The notes under the pieces: generated by a model
What the model was told of the DNA's origin: nothing
Database searches by the model: none
What the model saw: only the letters and a program-made list of their open reading frames with translations
Made by a program: the position numbers and the translations under genes
Assembly (NCBI RefSeq): GCF_036321535.1
Contig: NC_087437.1
Span: forward strand, 71,674,001-71,738,000
Length of the DNA stretch: 64,000 nt
Reading direction: 5' to 3'
Source of the DNA: Camelus dromedarius
Lineage: Eukaryota
Shown here: positions 50,101-62,100 of the stretch, piece by piece
How the letters are laid out: every line of letters starts with the position of its first letter
How positions within the stretch are numbered: the first letter of the stretch is position 1

Positions 50101-53100
50101 GACTAAATCAGAGTAGGAGAATTTTTACATAATTTAAAAACAAGATTGCATTAGTAATACATTTTTTAAAAACTCTGAGTTTTGGTGTAAAATTCATACT
50201 TCAACACTGAATCTTTATCTAAGGATTTGGGTTTTTTTTTTTTTAACATATTGATTTCATTGCTTTTCCTGTCTCTAGGGTGGTTACTTTGGTTCACCTC
50301 TTTTCCTTAGCAGCTTTCCCTCAGACATTCCTTTGGTTATGACTGCAGAAAGCGGGCCAACCTACAACTTCTGGACAGCAATACCGTGATGTACATAGCT
50401 GGGAACCAGCTGATCCTTCTAAATTTGAAAACCAAGGAACAGACCTACCTGCGAAGTAGCAGTGGCAGAGGAATTGGTGTCATTGGGGTATGTCTTTACT
50501 AACTTAGAAAAAAAATTCTTTGTTCTGTAGACCAGCTGGACTGTGAGGTGCCAGGGCCACATGCAGTACTGTGGGATTACATGAAATGCACAGCAGTCTT
50601 TAAGGCATTTTCTTGGGCTATATACATAACGTTTTATTTTTGTTTATTACCAGGTTCCAAAGCAGTCACCTTTAGAACTTAGGTTGAAAAGGACACAGCT
50701 TTAAGTCAACTGGAGATGGTATGAGTCTAAAAGAGGTAGACATAGAAAACTTAGATGTTAAAAATAAAACTCTACAGAGAACTTATTTTGTGCCATAAAT
50801 TCTAAATATATGTATGCGTATAATGAGTTTAAAAATCTCTTTGAAGTCTTTGAGTTAATTTCATCCTCTATGTGAGTAATCTGTGGTAGTAAATGTGTGG
50901 ATTTCAATTCCGTGATTGCAGCCACTGCTTTCACTGACATTATCCCATGCAATAGTACACTATTATATTAATAATACTACCATCTCATTTTGCAGATAAG
51001 GAAACCAGGGCTAATAGAGGTTCAGTGACTTCCCACAGTCATGCAGGTTTTTCACACTGAATGGTATGTTGCTATTCTGCAAAAACACTGTGGTGAATAA
51101 CACAAATGATAATTCACATATGAATTAGAGCTAAATGCCAGGTAAGATGTGAACATAGAGTTGAACATTAGAGATGAAGTACAGATTGCACACTCAGTAG
51201 TTTCGAGCAGTTGACAAAAGGATCTGTGTGTGATTTGGAGCCTCTCTTCATCCTCAGGTGTCTGTCTCCATCAGTCATCATCTTTCTTGTATCTTCAGCC
51301 TCTACTTCCTTGGGCTTTCCATCCTCAGCCCAAAAGCAAACTAAATCAACTTGTTCTCAGTTTAAAAGGCCCCTCTCTGACCATACATTCTCTTTACCCA
51401 GTGACCTTTAAGCTTTCATCCAGAGCCAAACATCTGCTGTCTGTTTCCCCATCACCTCACTAAGGTGACCAAAGGCCCTCTTAATAGCCAAATCTGAAGA
51501 ATACCTTTCTAATTACCTGACCTCCCTGTAGCAATGGCCCCACAACTGAGCTTTACTCTTGGCTGTTTTTCTACTCTCTGCTCCTTAAAGCAGGTGTCCC
51601 TAGATCTACTCTCACCAGTAACCAATGGCCTGAGGGATGCCTCTCGGTGTCACTGGAGTCATGAGAGGACCATCCGTTCAGATGAGGCTGAGAGAGACAA
51701 TGAGGGAAAGGAGGAGAAATATACAGGATTGGGGGCTGAAACAAGCAGCAGTTCCACATGAGATGCTCAAGAGGGTTTCTAGAGGGATCGGATCCAAATA
51801 CCAAATCCCCACTCCTGCCCTTCCTGCTGGGTGTGAGCAGACCAGAAGGAACTAGGAGGTGCAGGGCCCTCTTCACAGCACAATGCTGAGGCCAGGGCTT
51901 CTGGCAGAAAGACTGATGTGGCTCCAGCAGAGAGAATGGGCCAAGCCTGCAGGAAGCAGTGGGAAACAGTTTGATCGGGTTAGATTTAGTTGTGAAGTGG
52001 AGGTGAGTGAGGAGGTTTTGAAGATTCTTGATCTGGGGAGTGAAGCAGGGACATGGCAATGGGATGGAGAAGATGAGGAAATCTGAGACCCAAAAACAGG
52101 ACTTAGATTGCCTAAGGATGTGGTGAGATGAAAGAGTCAAAGATAATCTCAGGTTTGTTTCCTTCTTGATCATCTATCTGGATATAGCATGTGTATATAA
52201 TTAAGTCTTTGTCTTCAGGGAGTTTGTTATAAGACGAATTAATGAATTCAGCAAGAATTTATTGTATACAACTCTGCAGCCAATGCTCAAAACATGCAGG
52301 GATTCAGAGGAAGAAGGGTTCATGACTCCTGTGAATTCAGAGTTTAAAATCCATCTAAAGAGACAGGATCCATATTAAAAAGCAAAAAACCCCAAGGCTA
52401 GATGTATACAAGTACCTGGTACTGTGGGACCAGCTGTTGCAAATGTTCATGGGCCCAAGGTGAGGGTCACGGGCTCTCTGGAGGGAAGTCAACTGGGGCC
52501 ATCTTGGGGTGTCATGAGCCCTGGGGTCCACACCATCTGCAGAGGACTCAGCAATATCTAACTCACTTGTTTTTCTATCACTTTGTGGCCAACAGGAGTT
52601 TTGGAATGCCCATTTTACTTTGCTATATGATAATTTGGCTTGAGGTCAGTGCTTAGGGATGTAGTGAAGTCAAGAATGTGGTCAAGAATGCTCACCCTAA
52701 ACTGTACCCCCTGGACTCTGAGCACTCGTGTGTCCACGGGGCTCGTCTCCATGTGTGCTGGGGCTTCTGGAGCCTGGATCGTGACAGGGGCCTTCCTCCA
52801 CTGCCCACATTGCTTCACTTTTTCTGAAACAGTTATCTATTTGTGGATGAGCAATTCTTCCATGAGGCTATGAGAAACCTGTGAGAAATGTGTTCCGGGG
52901 CATATAAACTATCTTCCAGAAAAGATAGGGTGAATCTATATGTTGAGTATGACTATGAGTATATAGTGACTTACTGTTCCAGGTCTCCACTAAAAATAAA
53001 GCAAAACAGCAAACCCAACCCCACAGCAGCTTCTGATCTGGAAGAGCAGAAGTATTTTTACTTACTATAGACAAGACCTAAACAGGTGAAAGATTTGCCT

Positions 53101-56100
53101 GAATGCCCATTCAGATTTCTGTGACCCCCATATCTTACAGAATATTCCCTTGTAAGTGGGGAATCTAGAAATGTCTCAATGCATTTCTCACTAAATTCAT
53201 AGAATCTACTATTTGTTGTTGGTAGCGCTGGAGGTACTGAGGATTGAACTCAGGACCTCATGCTTACAAGGCAAACACCCTGCCCCTGAGCTATACCCTC
53301 CCCTTGAATCTACTACTTTTTAGTTCCATTTTCTTCTTAGCCCCAACACCTGGCTTGAATCCACGCTCTTGCATTTACCAGCTGTATAACTTCAAGCAAG
53401 TTACTTAACCTCTCTTTTCCTCAGTTTCCCCATCAATAAGGTGGGAATAAAAATGATATACAACCTCACAAGGTTGATGTGAAATTTAAGGAAATTAATT
53501 CATGTCAAACTTAGTGTCTGGTACATAGTAAGTACTCAATAAATGTTATCTGTTTTCAACATTATCATTATCTCACTGAGTATCCATCCTATAAACACAA
53601 GCCTTGTTCCAAGCTGAAGTGATGGGTATTTACTTGAATTGAAGAATAAAAGGCGACTTACCAGTTGGAAGACAGCCTGTTATGGGTCTTAGGTTCCCAC
53701 ATGCGGAGGGATGAAGAAGAGCAAGAACCTAATCTTGGGTACAAGGACTTCCAGTGCCCTCTGTGCCCGAGAATACTCCCTAAGGTATATAATCAGGAGT
53801 TGCAAAATGGTAACTGAAAGTGGAATTTTATAAATGTGTGTTTTAAATAGCTTTTCTTATAACAGCCTATTTTTATTTTTATTTTTTGACTACTCATTTA
53901 CTCTTCCTGCACATTGGCAGGAATAAACAAAAGTAACAGAAGTGAACCTACGATTCCATCCAATTTATATGGCTATTACTGAAATGCTGACACAAGTAGT
54001 TTGTCAAGGGCTTATTTACTATATTTTCCTCTACTTCTGGCTTGGAAATATTGTTATCTTTCACACTTCCACTAAGTTTACATCCATTTCTGGTAAGTTT
54101 GTCCAAGGTGAAATTTTAGAAATTGTGATGTAACCTACTCTGGAAACATGAATTTTTTAATTCAAATATGTAAGTTAATTTATATGCAGGGTAAACAATT
54201 CATCTAACTCAGCTGTTCTCCAAGAGTGCCCCCCCCCAACCCCGAGTCAGCAGCATCAACATCACCTGGGAACTTGTTAGAATTGTAACTGAATTCTCAG
54301 GTCCCAGCCCTGATTTACTAATCAGAAACCTGGTGTTAAGGCTTGTAATCTGAGCTTTAATAAGCCCTCCCTGTGATTCTGATGCCTGCTCAATGTTCTA
54401 GCTTCTTCTGATGGCAATTTTTTAAATTGTAGAGTTAGACATGCCTCTATTAATGAAAGTGAAACTTAAATGAGTATTCTTCTTGTTTTCAGTTTAAGTT
54501 ATATTCATTGTCAAGAATTTGTTAGATGACCTTTTTTTTAATTAAAGTATAGTCATTTACAATGTTGTCAATTTCTGGTGTATAGCATAATGTTTCAGTC
54601 ATATATAAACATACATATATTCGTTTTCATATTCTTTTCACCATAAGTTACTATGAGATATTGAATATAGTTTCCTGTGCTATACAGTATAAACTTGTTG
54701 TTTATCTATTATATATATATTAGTATCTGCAAATCTTGAACTTCCAATTTACCTCTTCCAACCCCCTTTACCCCTGGTAACCACAAGTTTGTTTTCTATG
54801 TCTGTGATTCTGTTTCTGTTTTGTAGATAAGTTTATTTGTGTCTTTTTTTAAGATTCCACATATAAGTGATATTATATGGTATTTTTCTTTCTCTTTCTG
54901 GCTTCCTTCACTTAGAATGATGATCTCCAGGTCCATCCATGTTGTAGGAAAAAGATGCCTAGTTTTGAGTTTTCTACTGGAGTTGATCCTAATAAATTAT
55001 AAAGTAACAGATACTAAGTACTGTATTAATAGAACTGTTTATATGACAATTTCCCTTTTAATACTTTAGTGAGATTTTATTTTTTATAGGTTCACCCATA
55101 TAAAACTTGCTTCACAGTAGCAGAGAAAGGAGTTTTCCCAAAGATTATCATTTATGAATATCCTTCTTTGAGGCCCTACAGAATCCTTCAAGGTGAGTCC
55201 AGTAGAATCTCTAAAATATCCCATGTTCAAGGTTAACAACATTCTGAAGATGTAACATTGTTGTAACATCAGGTTCCTCCAGAGAAACAGAACTAGTAGG
55301 AGGTAGAAGAGAGATTTATTCAAAGGAATTGGCTTATGTAATTTTGGGGGCTGGCAGGTCTGAAGTTGACAGGGCAGGCTAGCAGTCTGGAAATTCTTGG
55401 GCAGGAATTGATTCTACATCTTCAGGCAGAATTTCTTCTTCCTCAGGGAAACCTCAGTTCTGCTTTTAAGTGCTTTCAGCTGATGGGATGAGGCCCACCC
55501 TGGTTATCAAGGATAATCTTTAAAGTCAGCTGATTAGAGATGTTGACCACACCTACAAAATACCTTCATAGCAACATCCAGAGTGGTGTTTAATTGAATA
55601 GTTGATACTGTAGCCCAAGTATCTTACAATTCTGTTTTCCACATAATTAATTTCAGCAGTCGGTTTTTAAGAAGGATTTTATTTTCAGAGCAGTTTTAGG
55701 TTTACAATAAAATTGAGAGGAAGGGTCAGAGATTTCCCATATACCTCTCCCCTCACACATGCATAGCCTGCTCATCAACACCACGTCTCAGAATGGCGCG
55801 TTTTCACCAAGAATGAGCCAACAGTAATGCCATAACCACCCAAAGTCCTTAATTTCCCTTAGGGTTCCTTTTGGTGTTGTATATTCATTTAGACAAATGT
55901 ATAATGATATCTGTCCCTCATTATAATATCATTCAGAGTATTTTCACTGTCCTAAATACCATCTGTGCTCTGTCCATTCATAACTGCCCCGTCCCCCCTT
56001 GGCAACCACTGACCTTTTTATTGACTGTATAGTTTTGCCTTTTCCAAAATGTCATATAGTTGGAATTATACAGTATATAGCCTTCTCAGGTTGGCCTTTT

Positions 56101-59100
56101 TTACTTAGTAATGTGCATTTCAGTTTCCACTATGTCTTTTGATGGCTCAATAGCCATTTTCAGTGCTGAATAATATTCCATTGTCTGTATGTACTACATT
56201 TTATGTATCCATTCACCTACGAAGGGGCATCTTAGTTGCTGTCATTCATTTCACTTATATATAAGCTTATCTGTAAGCACTCATTTTACTTATACACAAG
56301 CATATATATGTATATATACACACACATACATAAGCATACATAATCTAATACATTGTTGCTTTTGTTTGGAACAGACTCTTATCTGTTACATCAATTAAGA
56401 ATAAGAAAAAGTTTTTATTTTACCTTCATATACTCCTTTAATGCTTTTCCTTTATTTATCTAAATCCAAATTTCTGACATTTTTCTTCTAAAGAACTTCT
56501 TTTAACATTTCTCATAAGGGAGGTCTCCTGGCAACAAATTCCCTCAATGTTTGGTGGTCTGTAAAACTCTTTATCCATCATTTTTGAAAGATAATTTTGC
56601 AGGGTGCAGAATTCTAGGTTGGTGGGGTTTTTTTCCTTTCCTTTTAACACTTTAAATAATTTCACTCCACTCTTCTTGCTTACATGATTTCTGAGGAGAA
56701 GTCAGATGTAATTCTTATCTTTGTTCTTCTATAGATAAGAGTTTTTTTTCTCCTCTGGATGTTTTTTTTTCTTCCAGTATTTTTTCTTTGTCTTTCATTT
56801 ACTGTAGTTTTTTGTTTGTTTGTTTGTTTGTTTGTTTTTTTGGCATTTATCCTGGTTGGTGATATCTAAGCTTACTAGATCTGCAGTTTGGTATCCGACA
56901 TTAAGTTGGGAGAAATTCTCAGTCATTATTATTTTAAATATTTCTTATGTTCCTGTCTCTCTTTCTTCTCCTTCTGGTATTCCCATCACACATATGTTCC
57001 ACTTTTTGTGTTTGTCCCACAGTCCTTAGCTCTTCGTTCTGTTTTGATCAGTCTTTGTTCTCCTTGCTCTTCGGTTTTTGAGGATTCTGTTGAGACACCC
57101 TGTAGCTAAGAGATTCTTTCCTCAGCTGTGTCCAATCTAGTAATCCCATCAAAAGCATTCTTCATCTGTGAGAGTGGTTTTTAGCTCTAGCTCTTCTTTT
57201 TGGTTCTTCTTAGGATTTCCATCTCTCTGCTGACATTGCCCATCTATTCTTGCATGTTGTCTACTTTCTCCATTAGTGCCCTTGGTGTATTAATTATAGT
57301 GGTTTTAAGTTCCCAGTCTGATAATTCCAATATCTATGCTGTGTCTGGTTGTGATGCATGCTCTGTCTCTTCAAATTGCCTTTTTTTGCTTTTTGGTATG
57401 CCTTGTACTTTTTTCTTGATAGCTAGCTAGATGTGATGTACTGGGTAAAAAGAACTGCTGGAAATAGGCCTTTAGTGTCCTTGTGGTGTGGGGGAGGGGA
57501 AGCATTTTTTTAGTCCTGTGATTAGGTCTCAATTTTTTAGTGAGCTGGTGCCTCTGAACTGTGAATTTCACAAACATTTCCCAGCATTTTTCTTCCCCCT
57601 TAAGTGGGACAGGACGGTGAGAGTGGGCTGAAGTTGGATACTTACTCTCCAGGTCAATCAGGCTCTGGTTAATTAGTTTCCCCTGAGCGTAGACCTTATT
57701 AAGGAGAACAGAATGCTCGGGTGTATTTCAAAATGGCTCCTTTTCCTTTTCCTCTGCTGGAAGCCTGGGGGGATTTTTCGAGATTTTTTACTGCAGGAAT
57801 CTGGTCAAGCTCCTGGAGGAGCTCACAATCTCACAATATTGTTGGGGCCACCTTATGACTGCATCCCTCTGGAGTTTTTAACTCTCAGGCTTGTCCACGC
57901 TGAGGCTACAGCAAATCGTCAGATCTAGTTGAGGCTTTACTGCCGGGCAGTGGGTTCCTTGAGCTGTTCTGGCTGTTTCTGCTTGTAAGTCTCCGCTCTG
58001 GTAAATTGTAAATCCCTGTATTCACCCTTTGGTCTCTCTAGTCTGGGGGGCAGCGTTTTGCCCTGTGTCCTTCCCTCTCTTGTAGATCCAGGAAGAGTTG
58101 TTGATTTTTTAGTCTATTTAGCTAAAAAGTTGTCTTGTTAGGCTGGAATGGCAGCGTCTAAGCTCTTAACATGCCTAACCAGTAACCTGAAGTCGTTAAT
58201 TTTTGTTTTGTGACGTTTTCAGTGGCAAATTTTAAATGCTGATTTCTTTCTGCTATCTAGCATGCTTTTCTGTCCTGGCTTCATAAAGTGGAGTATGTTC
58301 TCAAAGCGTTTTCCTCATGTAAAATGTGATTAAAAATTCTTCATCCTCACCCCTCATACATGTAATTCATTCTAAAGCCAATGGTGGTGAATGATTTTGG
58401 AATTGTTTCTTTAGGGGATTCTTGGTCTTCTTCCGTCAGTGCACATCACCGAGGGTGCTCTCTTTTTCCCCTTTTTTTTTTTTTTGATAATATGGTTTTG
58501 AAAATTAAATAAATGCTGCCCCTGTGCATTAGACTCCCATTCATCCTTTCATCCTCTCAGATGGGACTGAACTGGCCTATGCTTACGTGGACTTTAACTA
58601 CGATGGTACCCTGCTGGCCTCTGTTGGCGGCAACCCCGATCACACACTAACCATCTGGAACTGGAAAGAAGAGCAGCCCCTACTGAGGACAAAAGCTTTT
58701 TCCCAGGAAGTTTTTAAGGTTACTTTCAATCCTGAAAACGACGAGCAGCTTACTACATCAGGATCAGGCCACATCAAGTAGGTTGTGTGACTGAGAACAG
58801 GTGCTAGTAGTTTATCGTAAGGGTCTTTGCTAAGAGGATTAAACAGCTGGAGACATTTTTGCTGGTGTTGTTAACAGGATATTTTTTATGGTGTTACTTT
58901 AAAAAACTGTTGTGCAGCTTTTGTAATTGGAAATGGGGATTTTATTGCTGAAGACAGTGCAGATAAAAGAAAGGCTTTTAAATTTAACTTGCTGCCTTCT
59001 TGTAGGCTTCTCTTCCTACAGGTTTGTATAATGTATTAACATTAGCGTGCTGTGTCCAAGTTCATATTGAACTTTCAGATCCACTATTAAATGTCGTGTA

Positions 59101-62100
59101 GCAATGTTGTGTGATGGGTAAGTCATCTTGTTGTCTCTGAACTCAGTCTTCATTTGTAAAACAAGAATTATAAGAGAATCATTTCTGATGCAGGAACTTC
59201 AATACTAAATGGCAGCAGAGTTTACTCTTGATTTCAGGTCTTTGGGTCTTTTTCACCGTATCATACACTGGTCTTTTTTCAGGACGGGGTGATTTTGTCC
59301 TTTATTTAAGAACCTTCAAGCACTACTCTCCAGGTGCCCATGACTTGATTCCCAGTGTCTTTATGAGAAAGGCATTTTTAACTATCTTAAATCCTTTTTA
59401 TTCCAATTTAAACCTGGCCTTTTTGAAATATAGAATAATTGAACAGATCTGTTTAAAAAATCTTGGAATTGTCACTAACTCTGCTAGCTATAGATTAAAT
59501 TCTAACTTACCTTCTCCCATCGCTTACTAAGGTGCATATTTTCTATATACTCTATATTTTGGGGGAAAGATAAATGTTGAACAATGTGTGATGTGTGTGA
59601 TGTGCTATAAAAGAAACATAGAGGAAATAGAAACAGATGATCAGGGGACCTGCCATAGCCTGGGAGAAGGGCATTGGTCATTTAGGCTCTTGGCTTCATG
59701 TTATTGGCTGTTGATATTGTCCATTATCTATTTTACATCCAGTTGATAGGTCAGATTATTTTTTCTTACATGGTTTTCTTCATTCTAACTATTCATTTGT
59801 TGAGGCTACGAATAAGAAAATGTTAGCAATACTAACATTTATTGATTGCTTTTATGTGCTAGGCACTGTTCTAAGAGTTTTTCAACAGTTTTACAAGGTT
59901 GGTGCTACTAATATTCTCATTTTATACAAGAGAGAGTGAAGGCATAGTGTGATCAAAAAAATTACTCAAAGTTACACAGCGAGTAAGTTAGAATTTTTGT
60001 GAAAACCTTCACATCCTCTAAAGCAGTACTGTGCAGTAGAACCTTCTTCCAGGGTGGGAATGTTCTGTGCTGTCCCATCTACTGGACTCTAGCCACATGT
60101 AGCTATTGAAAACTTTCAACTGGCTGGTCTGAATGACACACCAATTTTTAAATTTTACTTAATGTTATTTTAAATTAAAATGATCAAACTTGTGGCTATT
60201 GCATAGGACAACACAACTTTAAAATATAAGATTTACAAAGGCAGGGAATTTTGGGGTTTTTTTTTTTTTTTTTTTGGTCTATTTTGCTCAATGCTGAATT
60301 CATATTGCCTAGAACTTTGCCTGACAGGTAGTTGATAATACATGTTAGTTGGATGAATGAATAAATGAAATAATATGTGACTCTGAAATATGTAAATGTC
60401 CAAGTGACGCTAAAATTAAAGTAAATAAAACTTCTCTGAGGTACATTCAGTCTCTTATTTGTTTGCAGGTTCTGGGAAATGGCTCTAACATTCACTGGCC
60501 TCAAGCTTCAGGGTTTCTTGGGTCGATTTGGTAAAACAGCCACTACTGATATAGAAGGTTATATGGAGCTCCCAGATGGGAAGGTGAATATAGCCACTAT
60601 TCTGTAATAATAAAATTGTTTTCAAGTGATATACATATATGAAAGCACATCACACAGTCTAAAAAGCACTGCCAATATTGGCAGTAACAGATACTATGAT
60701 TGTAAATATAATAAGCATTTAATTTTGCCTCTTTAGATGATCAATTTTAATTCTGTGAAATTATCATAATCAACATGTACATTTCATTCTGTTTTTACTA
60801 AGTATTATGCACACATCAAGTATGCAAGCACTTTCAAATATTAACATAGTGACGTACCTGTCGCTTTTAATTATGTCATGGAGTTGCAATGTTTGTGAAG
60901 TTTATCTTTTCCTCCTCTCCTTTGCCATGATACTCCAAGAGGACTTACTGCATCAAAGGTTATATACAGTCTTGTGGCTTTTGTTTTTATTGTCAGATTA
61001 TTATTCAGAAAGACCGAACAATTTTATAATAACATCTGCAACACTGCAATTTTAATCTGTTAGTTTATTCTTTAATATTGTTAATTGCTTCTTATGTAAT
61101 TTATAGGCATATTGCCTATAGGGTCAGTTCTCCATTAATATTGTATTTGGCTTCCTATTAGGATGAGTTATATAGTATTACTTGTGATCATCTCAGATAT
61201 AAGTAAATGCCAGCATACTCTGAGGAACCAAGTGGTCTAGTCATTACTTAGTGGAATATTCTCAATTTGAAATCATGGTGTATGAGAGGAAATGAAAAAC
61301 CTTGGATGCTGACTAAATTATATATCCAAACCTATAAGATGATCATAAGTCATTCTAGCTTCAAATTCTGAATTCTGTAATAAGTAAGCTAAGATATAGA
61401 CCATTAAAAACATGGTAGGAGATCTATCTTAAAAAGGTTCAGTAGAGTTTGTGTAGATGTAGGGGAGGAAATAAGCCATTTTAAATGAGAGAGCCACAAA
61501 AGGAAATGTTTAGAGTTAGGAGTGAATATCATATACTCAGAGGATTAATTCGAATAAAGCATTCATGTTGGGAAAGTGTGGGATATTAGATTGAGAAGTA
61601 GGGTGGGGTCCTTGTGTACAAGAACTTGAGCAGCCAGGAAGAACTATTAGGCATTGGAATAGCAGGGTTGCAAATGAAAGAAGTTATATATATATATATA
61701 TATACATACACATACACACACGTGTATGTATGTATATGTGTGTGTATGTGTGTATATATATATGTGTGTGTATGTATGTATGTATGTGTATATATATATC
61801 TCCACAAAATGCCAAACAAAGAAGAAGGGAACTCTGGAGTAAAGGAGATGAGCTTGAAAGGAAGATGTTGCTTTATCTAAGAAGAGGTGATGAGGGCCAA
61901 GACTTTTCTCAGGATAAATGGAAAATGAAAGCTAGACATGAGTGTGACATTTCAGAAAGGAATGCCTTGTTGGCTTTGAGTTTTGGTGGCATTAGTTCCT
62001 GGACAGAAGAAAACCAGCCTAAGTAAAGACAAGTGGGCTGAGGCTTAATACATAAAACAAGTAGAATAGATAAGAATAGGTAGCCAGAAGAAGTAGAAAA

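Noticed and set aside
51571..52173. 200-aa minus-strand ORF
   Set aside because: It overlaps L2-like fragments in a CFAP44 intron, with no recognisable domain
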